Assembly: GCA_002633005.1 (NCBI GenBank)
Contig: NMRA01000383.1
Location: 12,951 to 76,950, forward strand
DNA from: Phoronis australis
Lineage: Eukaryota > Animalia > Phoronida
Direction: 5' to 3'
DNA length: 64,000 bases
In this document: positions 12,542 to 23,672 of the stretch, one piece after another
Layout of the letters: every line of letters begins with the position of its first letter
Numbering within the stretch: the stretch's first letter is position 1
The notes under the pieces: model-generated
What the model was told of the DNA's origin: nothing
What the model saw: the letters and a program-made list of their open reading frames with translations, nothing else
Databases searched by the model: none
Position numbers and translations under genes: made by a program

Positions 12542-15500
12542 TCATTCCTGAGAATCCTTATAATGCATCACTCTTCTAGTCCTGTTCAACTGACACTGTC
12601 TGCACAGTTGCACTAGAGTCCACAGTCCAATGAGAGTTCCTCCACCTATGTACATATTTATTACAGTTGACTCCTCAGGTAAATAACACTTGTTGATGGC
12701 ATAGTTGTTATTGGATATCACAGCCTGCAAAATGAGGAATGAGGCTGTTAATGTGGGGGAACAGTAACACCAACACCACATTTGCAAGTATAGGGAGTGA
12801 AAAGTGGAGATGAAAATGTACAGAGAGAATTGATCTGACATAACCTCATTCTGTAATTATTTCAAAATATATGAAAAACATGTTGTGAACTAATTGTTAA
12901 CAAAAGTGAAGTAATTTGCCTGAGTATTGCCATTGTAGATTACAAACGCAGCACACATTGTGAACTGTAGCACCACACATTGTGAACTGTAGCACCACAC
13001 ATTGTGAACTGTAGCACCACACATTGTGAACTGTAGCACCACACATTGTGAACTGTAGCACCACACATTGTGAACTGTAGCACCACACATTGTGAACTGT
13101 AGCACCCCCCAGATACACACCATGAACACTACTGATACTAGGGCCGTTTTGTCACGGTGACGTAATATGGCGCCAAAAGACTACGCCACACACCATTCGA
13201 TGTGCCTGCGTTTGGTTGTTTAAATCACGTTGGTGAGTACTGGTTATAGAACAATGTTGTTCCGCAGTGTATCAGTCAAAATGCATTCAACTGACCACTG
13301 ACCACTATCCACTGTGTTTGAAATCTTCATATTCCTGCTGTTACCTGAATGTTACAATGACTTGTATTCATTCACATATGGCACATATTAAGACCCTCAC
13401 TCACACTGTCTCATTCATGTTCATGTCAGGTGGGCATCACACTCATACTGTCTCATTCATGTTTATGTCAGGTGGGCATCACACTCATACTGTCTCATTC
13501 ATGTTCATGTCAGGTGGGCATCACACTCATACTGTCTCATTCATGTTCATGTCAGGTGGGCATCACACTCATACTGTCTCATTCATGTACATGTCAGGTG
13601 GCCATCACACTCATACTGTCTCATTCATGTTTATGTCAGGTGGGCAGCATCAATACTCTGCAGTGTTCTGATCAGCGAGTTGGCTTCCTATCAACATTGT
13701 ACAAATGAAATCATTCCGAAAAATCTAAAAAAATATTTTTTTTTGATATACAGTTTCATTTAATAAGTAAAGTCTAAAACAATATCATTCACTGGCCCCT
13801 TGCAAATAGTGAATAGTTTGCAAGTAGAACATTTAAAAGTGACCTTTAATTCCCAACATCGTTGACTTCTTCATTGCTAAGTACTCACTAATAGAAAACT
13901 CGGTGAGTTGATATTTCGCCAGCTGAAGGAAGGAATAGTCCATTCAGGAGTACCGTCGGTCAGTGTGCGCCTACAGAAGTGGTGTGAGTGACCATCAATG
14001 ACCAGGCGAGGATGGACTGCACTAAGCAACTGTGGAATGTAAATGTCTCAGTTGATTCAAAACTTAGCTTTCATCCACCAGAATAAACACAAGACAAGTA
14101 ATTTGGGGAAACATTGAAAACAATTTTATCCAATGGGAAGTATTTAGTGAAGAGCAATTCCAGGAAGTAAGGGGGGTTCTAGCATAATTCATATGCAAAA
14201 GAGAAAACAATTTTTTATCCTCCAAGTGTATTTTTGGTTTAGTTTCATAAGCCACCACCCATAATCTTTCAATCACTTTGGAATGCAACCATCCACATTA
14301 CTTAAAAATTTGTTCACTTTAATCTATTACTTGTCACTGGATTTCCAATATTCAAATGGTACTGCAAACCAAAATCAGAGTTTTCAGATGCACAAAACAG
14401 TCAACTAATGTTTAATACTTGATACTCATTCCAATTATTCACTACAATTTTACAATGTAGTATAAATACGCACACGGATATGCACACCAATATGCACACG
14501 GATATGCACACCAATATGCACACGGATATGCACACCAATATGCACACGGATATGCACACCAATATGCAAACGGATATGCAACTTATACTACATGATCTCA
14601 ACAAAAGCATATTTCACTCATAAACTGCTGCACAGTGTAATTGCATTTAGATCAGAATTCTAGTTGGGTCGTTATGACCTTAAGCCAAGACAACCTATTA
14701 TGTCACAACACTGTCAAATCTGCAGGCAACATTATCATTGGCAGTCATTTCAGATCTTCAATTATCAAACAAAACAAGTTCACTCATAATGTAAACACAG
14801 TTTTGAAATCGCATGATGGAAAAATAAACAATTAATAAATAACATATGAAAATTACAAGCTATTTATTTAATATCATTGAAAGCTGATAAAATGGTTCTT
14901 TTATGACCAAGGAGCAAAGACTATTGTATAACACTTTGCACAAATTCAGTTGATTGTGGGACCTCTGAACATACCTTGCTGGTTGCTTCCTTAGACAGAC
15001 AGTCGTATTTAGGTTTGTAACGTTCGTATTTAAGATGTAACGGTGCAGAGTCAGGCCCAGTACAGTTTTCATCTGTTGTTCGGAACATTGGAAAATGCTA
15101 AAAATACACATTTATAAGCAGTAAAGCATACTGGGGCCATAATGTCAGAACAACTTAAAAGATTATCTTAAGTTGGAAATAATTCATTGATAAAATCCTA
15201 AATAGTGGCGAACCATGAAAAATACACAAAACGTACTGAGAGGCATAGATGAAGTAATATCCCACAAGACATTATTCCGCGAATCGACCACTCGTGGTCG
15301 TTACACGGAATAATGTATTTATCCCATACGCTTTGAATTCTTAAGTTTTTTTCATTTTTTGGCAGATTTTTTTAAATACTTCGACCAGAGTATTCACGGG
15401 GCAGATCACATACTATATGTATGTACTTGCGCGTTAGGCTACAAGTTTTCTTTAGTAACAGAAACAGTTTTAAATGTAACGATTTATTACTTAAAAAGAG

Positions 15501-18500
15501 ATAACAAAGATGAAAACAACAGTAATTGTTTATTGAACTTGTTAATATTTCCTAAAAATAATTAAATATATTTAACATCGTAGTTACCGAAGAATCGGCA
15601 CCTGAGTTGCAGATGATATAATATTTAGCAAATAAAACTGAGACAGAAATGTCATATAATTAACAGTTTTGTATTCAGATGTTATGTTTGGGACCTGACT
15701 GCATGTCAAGTGTTATTTATACTGCAATGCATTAGCATTATTTTAAACTATTTTGGGAAAGTTTGATGACTGAACTGGCTAACGACGTTGAGTAGACATT
15801 GACCTACCTTTTGAAATTTCCGTGTCAGAGGGCACTATTGAAGTAGTCCCGGGAGAGCATTATGGAAAACACTATCACATGGCTGTATTCACTCAATTTA
15901 CTCAACGTGTATGGGATAATCATAATCATCTTCTCTCTACTGACATGATTCTTGTATACGGCAAAATTCTGATGGGGGTTGGAATGGTGACAATAAAAGT
16001 TTGTCCACCTTGAATGTGAGATAAAGTGGCCTTAAACTTGCACCTAATGTAAAAAACAACTTTTGATGTAGGCCACCCACTGTTATCAAATCTTATTGTT
16101 CCTTACTCACACTAGCAATCATTTCTGTCAAGTTATCAGATCAGTATGGATTTACACGGGAATTCCAGGCGAATGATTGTGACCAATTCATTGTTACCAA
16201 CTTATTGTGACCAATTCATTGCTACCACTGTATTGTTTTATCACCAGAACATGGTCTATTATAAATTTTCAGTTTTTTTTTCAGCAGCTCTTTAGAATCT
16301 TAGAATGAACTCAAGGTTTCTCTATGCCATGCAGGAGCTGAACCACATGTGATATATACCTGTCATAATATGAACCACATCTGATACATACCTGTAATAA
16401 TATTGGCTTTGAGTAAGGAAAGTTACCAATGCCTTGACATTCTGCCATGTCAGAGCTGTCTCCCTGTCGTTTCTACAAGAATAGACAAGCTTGTGAGTAC
16501 AAAGCACACCAACTGCATTTCTTTTCTTATGTCTGTGAAGGAAGCAAGACAGTTGTTACAAAGTATATTACATGAACAGGAAACTAGTCCATTACAAGGC
16601 ATTTACAAAACATGACTAAGGACCTGTCAAAAAACTTTAACAAACAGACAAAAACATAAAGCCCAATTGTACTTATACATGTGTACATTATTGATACACA
16701 TGTTGCAACAAATGGGAGAACTTTTGAAACACATACCACACTGACAAGTATTGAATTAAATGTTTTAATTATCTGAAATGATTGTGTGCCTCACAAATAT
16801 ACAATTGTGCATCCCATTCCTAACCTTTGAGCAATCCAATTCTTTCTTGATTTGCGATAATTGTTGATCAGCCTCTTGGCAGAGTTTACACCGATCTCCC
16901 TCGAATGCCATGCTGTTTAGTGTGACAAATATGCTTCCACGCATGTGCAGCTTTCGCACCGGTGAATCTTTGAATGACTTCTGAAATCTCTTCAGCTTAT
17001 GAGTGGTTATACTGCACAACAACAAATAGAAAATTACAAAAGGTAAATGAGTACCTGCAGTGTTAGTTTAGAAGTTTTTGTGTACTTTGTTAGAACCCTG
17101 TTATAACTTGTCCCGCTGCATGGCACTGTGCTTTTTGTTCACGCAGGAGGTTCCCAAATAAAAAGAAGTCACATCTATTTATTTTAACCAGTTGAATGGT
17201 GGATATTATGATTCATACAGCAGAAGAACTTGATGCAAAAATTTAAAAATAAAGTAACTCACAAAAGTTGGACAAAAACTCACATGATTTACCATGACCT
17301 TGTTTATATCTGTTTTGTTATTTAGTCAACATTTGCATTATTTCTTAGTATATGCAAATAAAAGAGCTGTTGAATGAATACTTGCTGAAATCTGCATGAT
17401 GCTGACTACAACATTTTTGTCGCTTTTGCCGCCAGTAACAATGTTCGGACTCGGTAAGAACGAAATTTATTACAGAACACAAATAATCATGCTGTTTCAA
17501 CTCATTCCGGGTCAACTGTTTTGTGTCATTTAGTCGGGTAAATATGACTATTATCGTAAGGATCCATTCTTTCTAAACTGAACTGAAACACTTGCAGTCA
17601 AGTAACTTAAGTTTACAAACGCTTAAAAGCTGAATCACGCAGGCATCGGTTCATACTTCCACTAACATCGCCATGAAGAAACACTTATATTACAAGAATA
17701 AGGCAAGAGCCATCTTTTAAATGAAATTTTGACATCTTGAAGTTTCATCAAACACAAAATGTATCACTACCTGTAATGAAACCCAACATCATGGTTGCCT
17801 ACGACGACCTGCATATTGGTGGATGATGCATGTGCAAACATCTTCTTAAAACGATCCAGGTGATCAGCGAATTCTTCATCGCTACACCATTTGCCCTCGT
17901 CAAACAGGTCACCTACATAAAATGCAACCTCAAGTTAACAACCTAAAAAAGGGATACCGCGGACCAAAAGAGTGATATTTCACAACATTGCATCAAGTTC
18001 TAACTTTTGTAGATTTTCATGTAAGCACTGAGAATAAAGTATGCTCCAATAAAATTCTTAATTAATTGTAAATTCTTAATTAATTGTAAATTCCTAATTA
18101 ATTGTAAACAACTTTACCCTCATAAATGTACGACTGTGAGAATGTTTCACACAATGACAAACTTCTCATCAAAGGCCTTCAAGTCGTTACAGGCCAGAAA
18201 TATGATTACTAAAATAGCAATACAAAAATGAACAGTCATTTTAATACTATCTTAATAGTTCTGTGTTTACATTTCCTACCACATGATATGGCCTTTAATG
18301 AATTAGTGTTCTAAACATATTATCAAAATTATTACTCCTTAATATTTGAAGTTCATATTTGACATCCAGTAACTGATCAATAGAGAATTAAAAAAACATT
18401 TTCAATGTTACATTTACTAATAAAACATGACGGTCACTGATAATTCATGGATACTACTGTTATCCTGGCCTGTATTTGCTATCCAAGGAAGAACAGAAAG

Positions 18501-20416
18501 TGTTCTGAACGGACAAGCAAAAGACCAAACTCTGCATTCACTTCCATAGAGCAAACATGATGTCCTTATTGCACACTATGTGTCGCCAGTGTCAGTCAAT
18601 GTGTTTACTCAATGGAATTGAATGCAGTATCAAGATGCAGACCTTTTGCTGAGCTGTTCACACCAGTTTTTATTATTATTACTTGAACCTGGTCAGCTTG
18701 AATGTATTTACCTTGATTATTAGATCCTCAGAGAAGTCTTGTCTCCTTGGATGGAATGACATTAACTACTTGTGGCGAGAACTCCGGTCACGTGGAATCT
18801 TGTTTGTCTGGTGACATTGTCACCACTCATATTCCATTCTGACAACTTGAATCTGGCACCACCTAGCTTATTGAGAGGTTTCATGAAGATTGCCTGCTGT
18901 ACCCCAATGTCACTGGCAAACCGGATGTCTCTGAGCACGTAGGATAAAGGTAAATACAGTCCAGTGGACCAGGTTCAAGTAACAATAGTATGAATTTCCT
19001 ACATTCTCAATAACTACATTATATAATATCATATTAAGTAGATGCTAGGGCAACAGTTTAAGATTCCAAAGCTGTGCCAATAAAAGTTAACCATATTATA
19101 GGATTCCTTTACTACCAAAATTTACCCCCTTTCCCATCAGACCAAAACCCAGCAACAAGAACGGAGCTTCACTATAAATGTTGACACAATCTAAGTGTTT
19201 TGTAGCTGCAAAGAACTGTTGCAGGAGATACCATAACTTTACTGCAAAATGGTGCACTCAAAATGGGACTTGTAGTCTCAGCGAGCGGGAATATCATGGG
19301 ATTAAGAGCGACACCTATTGGCGACACAAAGAACTATCAAGATAAATACCAACCTAGCACAAAGACTACCTCTGGATTGTGAAGAGACAAGCAAGTCTGA
19401 AAAGCTCGCTGCATTTGCCATTCTCTGAAAGAAAAACATAGCAGATGGGTTACAAAACACTGAGCCAATAAATCTTGAATTTACCAGTTGTCACTTTCCA
19501 TTCTTAATAACAATGTTCCTTTCTTACAAAAGATACTTTTCTAGCGAGAGTCGGCAAAATCAGCTATAGACATGTAGTGGTAGCCGTATTCGCTATAAAT
19601 TATTACAGACAGACATTACCAGGATGAGACAGCTATTTAGCATCTTTATTAATTGTGCTTATGAAAACAATATAAAAACAAACTATTCAACTTGTCAGTA
19701 ATCTAAACATTGTTACATAAATTTGAGGTTTTAACCAGCAAAATGACAGCAATTTGGTTCCTTAAGGTCACTAACTTGTGGCGCTTGGTGCTTGAAATAT
19801 GACATGCCTTACACTTACAAAAGACAGTTTTACCACAGTGTGTTTCACAACAAGTGAGTCTCTAGGTGTAAGCTATATGAATAGTGACACAATAAATTGA
19901 AGTTCTCTGGGTCGTTTCTTGTCAAGCCTGAATACGCCAAGAGAGACCAAGAAAAAACAATCACTGACCAATACAGCATGCTCAATAGACAAAAAAATGT
20001 AAAACAGGAAATCAAATTCGCTGTAACTCCACAGAACACCGTGTTACAAGGTTCAAAACGTCAAAAGCCACTTGGCAACAAATGGTCATACATTTTAATA
20101 TCTATATGCAACTGTTAAGAAATCAACAGCATCCTGTGGATTTGAAGAGTACAATATTCCATCCAGATTACCTCCGCAGTTTGTCAAACCAGTGACCTCT
20201 GGCATAACCCAACAGGTGAGTATCTGCAAACAACATCACACGCAAGGCTGCTTCATTGTTCGACTTCACTGATTGGTCAGCTGTGACCTCGTCTAAACTT
20301 GGCCAGGTACATCTCAACATCACCAGGTAGTAGATGGCAAACTCACAAACAAAAAACAGGAGAAGAACAAAAGAAATAAAGTGCCATAATTTCCTGACGC
20401 TGCCGCGAGAAGCCAT
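12542..20416 (-). CDS. MPPE1: Metallophosphoesterase 1 (PGAP5), ~390 aa, 8 coding exons: 20416-20172, 19424-19354, 17912-17771, 17011-16825, 16472-16392, 15097-14975, 14029-13889, 12724-12542
   Basis: All introns are GT-AG and phases are consistent (1173 nt in total). Motifs: N-terminal TM then FADTHLLG, GHWFDKLRREWQMQRAFQT, VLGDLFDEGKW, VVGNHDVGFHY, LNSMAFEGD, PILLQHFPMFR, PRLVIDGHSHH, PSFSWRN, KCYLPEESTV, then a C-terminal hydrophobic segment. Confidence 0.96.
12950..13105. repeat. 22-bp minisatellite, ~7 copies (MPPE1 last intron)
   Basis: GCACCACACATTGTGAACTGTA repeated almost perfectly. Confidence 0.95.
13398..13646. repeat. 42-bp minisatellite, ~6 copies
   Basis: CACTCATACTGTCTCATTCATGTTCATGTCAGGTGGGCATCA repeated. 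Confidence 0.95.
14470..14580. repeat. 24-bp minisatellite (two alternating 12-mers), ~4.5 copies
   Basis: GCACACGGATAT-GCACACCAATAT repeated. Confidence 0.9.
15220..15510 (-). mobile_element. Second, diverged and partly deleted copy of the hairpin-ended repeat at 7635-7975
   Basis: Shares ACACAAAACGTAC..TAGATGAA.TAATATCCCAC.AGACATTATTCCGCG and ATTTATCCCATACGC..GAATTC, followed by ~170 bp of weaker homology, in opposite orientation. Confidence 0.7.
18671..18990. mobile_element. MITE-like element with ~65-bp imperfect TIRs (MPPE1 intron)
   Basis: TTACTTGAACCTGGTC..TGTATTTACCTT..CTCAGAGA (18671-18735) pairs with TCTCTGAG..AAGGTAAATACA..GACCAGGTTCAAGTAA (18928-18990). Confidence 0.7.
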
Positions 20417-20531
20417 CCCTAGAGAATATGGAATCACGTGATTGGCCGTTCCATAGATCTGTAAATAAAACAAAAAGCAGTTGAAAAACTAACAACGAAT
20501 CAGGACTAGGAGAGATCTGAGTCAGATATAC

Positions 20532-22483
20532 CAATAGACAGTGACCACCAACTAGCTAGCCCCAGCAGAGACTCCAGAAGCTTTTCGGGGAATTATGCCT
20601 CACTGATTAAAATATCAGCAGTCACGTTATTATATTTTGAGCATTGAGGGACATCTTAGGAGGTCTTTAATTCCTTCCCAACTCGAAAGAATACTCCCGT
20701 AATCAAACTTTTTCTTCCAGCAGTCCATTGGTCAGTTGCTCAAATTGGCAACTGGCCATTTTTACACTGCGCGCGCTCCTATTTGTACCTCGCCTGCAAG
20801 GAGCGTGGGTAGCTGGCTAGAGACGGTGCTCACTGTCTACTATAGTGTACTATACTAGTTTATACCAAGCACTTTCACACTACCTGGCGCAAGTAGTGTA
20901 GAAATGGCCAGTTGCTGATTTAAGCAACTGAACCAAGCCGAAGCCCCAAGCCCAAGGACTGTTTAATCAGTGTGAGACATTATTCGCCGAAAAGCTTCCG
21001 GGTGGATATGGCGGCCATATGGCCTTATCCCTGGTACGAGTGATGTGTCACTATGTCGACTATGATGTCCACCCAGTATTTGTAACTCGCTTAGTAAATC
21101 ACAGCAAAATCGGTGGTGGTCGTCAATCATTTCGAGCATTATCGACATTGTAAGAAGCTTGCAAGGAAAAACATTCACTTTACAACCCGAATCTGCAAGG
21201 ATGAACCCAGGAAACAGGCACGAAACTTTACCCTGGCAATCAGGCAACATCCGCGAAAACTCGCACCGGCATTTTTAAACTATCTATATCCGGTTTGTAG
21301 GGGGCGTTGCTCACATGTTTTGCAGACGGGGAAGATTCACGACCATGACATCATGAACTTCAGTGCTTAAAAAGGCACATTCAAACTTGAAATGTTGCGT
21401 TAACTCTTAGCCATTTATTTTAATTGTCTTTTGGTCCAATCACTCAACTGGAGACCATATCGGTATGTTGCAAAAGTTTCATATGCAACGGTACTACACG
21501 CGGCCCTGTTGACAGTGTTGTGCCACTGTACTGGCACTGGCCCGCAGTGTGACACTGTGACTGTGACCATGTGCAGAATCCTGCTTTAATGACTTTTAAA
21601 TGTCAAGATCGTGTATGCGTGAACTTGGAATACGCGAGGAAACTTGGACAAGTTCACTCAAATAATCACGTCCAGGTTCATAAAAATTTGAACTGCACTA
21701 AATCAAATTGCATTTGAATAAAATAATGTCAATTTTAGCCAGCCCTTTTTCAACTATTGGCGATCAATTTCACCAAACAATAATTGATTAAACCATTCAA
21801 ATATTGCTCCTATTCTGTGACAAAAATTGCGGTAAAGGAGAAAGTGAGCGATCGTATGGCCAATAATTAGAAAATTTAATTCTTTACACTGAACAAAAAA
21901 TTTCACCTGATCACTTTAAAGAATATTGAATTCCAAGTTCACGCACATGCGATCTAGATATTAAGCATTATTCACATTGGACGCACTGGATACTTGGTAA
22001 GAGTCATAGTTCAGTAGCTGTCTCGCTGTCTATAGCCAAAATCACATGTTTTCATTTAAAATACAAGTAGCACTATCTCACAAAATCTTGCTTTTCTAAC
22101 GAGATCTAGAGTTACTGAACTCGAACTTAGGCACGTTTCACGTCTCATGTCAGCTGGTCAAGTATCATACCAGACAGTGCAGCAGCATCCCTACTTAGCG
22201 TATCCCCTAGTAGTTGCAAGCTGAACGAGCAGTGTGAAAATGGCTAGTTGCGGATTTGCCGGTGGGCAACTGAACAATGGACTGCTCGAAAAAGTTTGTG
22301 TTTACGGAAGTATTTGTTCGAATTGAAAGGAATTAAAGACATCTACGGCCTCCTAAGGTGTCTCTAGGCACGAAAGATACTTTTAGCAAATGTGACTTTG
22401 GTGGTTTTAAAATCAATGTTGGGCATAATTCGACGAAACACCTCTGGCTTATGTAGGTTCTGTGGGAGCATCACCGTCTATTG
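20532..22483. promoter_or_regulatory. Probable MPPE1 promoter region, possibly bidirectional, bracketed by ~240-bp inverted repeats
   Basis: Lies just upstream of the MPPE1 first coding exon (acceptor at ~20460). Segments 20532-20770 and 22229-22483 are diverged reverse complements. Promoter function is inferred from position. Confidence 0.55.
21606..21955. mobile_element. MITE-like element, ~350 bp, 26-bp TIRs
   Basis: AGATCGTGTATGCGTGAACTTGGAAT ... ATTCCAAGTTCACGCACATGCGATCT with an AT-rich interior. Confidence 0.65.
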
Positions 22484-22734
22484 CTAAGTAGATACGGTGG
22501 CACTGTCTAGTATCATACTGTCGTAGGCCTATGTCATGTTGATATTCCAAGACTTAAGCTGAGATCATGCAGTTACCACAATTGGATTGTATGTAACTGT
22601 GGTGATCAGCCTAACTCATATACCGGAGGAGGGGGGGATTTTTTTATCTCAGTCTGTTTACTAAGTACAAGTAACATGCCTCTCAGGCACTGGGAAACAT
22701 GTAGCCCTTCTGCTAGCTTTCTATGGGCTGCAAT

Positions 22735-23162
22735 TCTCCCGTGCCTGAGGGGTCCGTCTCCCGTGCCTGAGGGGTCCGTCTCCCATGCCTGAGGGGTCCG
22801 TCTCCCGTGCCTGAGGGGTCCGTCTCCCATGCCTGAGGGGTCCGTCTCCCATGCCTGAGGGGTCCGTCTCCCGTGCCTGAGGGGTCCGTCTCCCGTGCCT
22901 GAGGGGTCCGTCTCCCGTGCCTGAGGGGTCCGTCTCCCGTGCCTGAGGGGTCCGTCTCCCATGCCTGAGGGGTCCGTCTCCCGTGCCTGAGGGGTCCGTC
23001 TCCCATGCCTGAGGGGTCCGTCTCCCGTGCCTGAGGGGTCCGTCTCCCGTGCCTGAGGGGTCCGTCTCCCGTGCCTGAGGGGTCCGTCTCCCGTGCCTGA
23101 GGGGTCCGTCTCCCGTGCCTGAGTGGTCCGTCTCCTGTGCCTGACGGTTCCGTCCCCCATGC
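22735..23162. repeat. GC-rich 22-bp minisatellite, ~19 copies
   Basis: TCTCCC(G/A)TGCCTGAGGGGTCCG repeated; it explains the two 184-aa pseudo-ORFs. Confidence 0.97.
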
Positions 23163-23672
23163 TGGACAGTTGAAGATTGTCAAAAAAAAAATTATTGACA
23201 TGCCGCTGTAACCACTAAAGGCATATGCTTTGAAGCTCGATTTTGCATGCGCTGGAAGCCCGAACAAAGTGTATTAGTTCCTGGTGGGTGGTCGGCAGTT
23301 GTTTTTGGTAGGTTGGCTTGTGCCATTGCATCTAATAACTGAAGTACTGTGTTTTATTGCATGTAGAAAACATGAAACATGTACCATTCTCCTGGAGTGT
23401 AAAAATCAAGTCATTTTTACTATCACGATTTTATCTAGAATTACACTTCATTAAACTTGTTAAGCAAGCCTTTTGTGTTAGTACACAATACTGTGGTTAA
23501 GCTTGTCAGAGATTACAGTCACACTAAGGAATCAACAGATGAAAGTTAAGTCTAATTTCTCTGAAAGTCAACCATTTTTCTCCATTCAATGTTTTTTGGC
23601 GAAAGTATTTCATACAAAACACATCTGTTTCACAACATGTGGAAATTCGTTTGCAAGTACCGGGTAGTATTT

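Noticed and set aside
15809-15940. Extra MPPE1 cassette exon (minus-strand AAG|GTAGGT donor)
   Set aside because: It has a stop in the required phase, the acceptor is weak, and the flanking exons already join correctly (PILLQ|HFP).
20963-21370. TTAA-flanked transposon or 85-95 aa ORFs in the promoter interval
   Set aside because: Terminal repeats match too weakly and the ORFs have no recognisable motifs.
22606-23267. Two 184-aa repetitive ORFs
   Set aside because: They are translations of a stop-free 22-bp minisatellite, with no exon context or protein homology.
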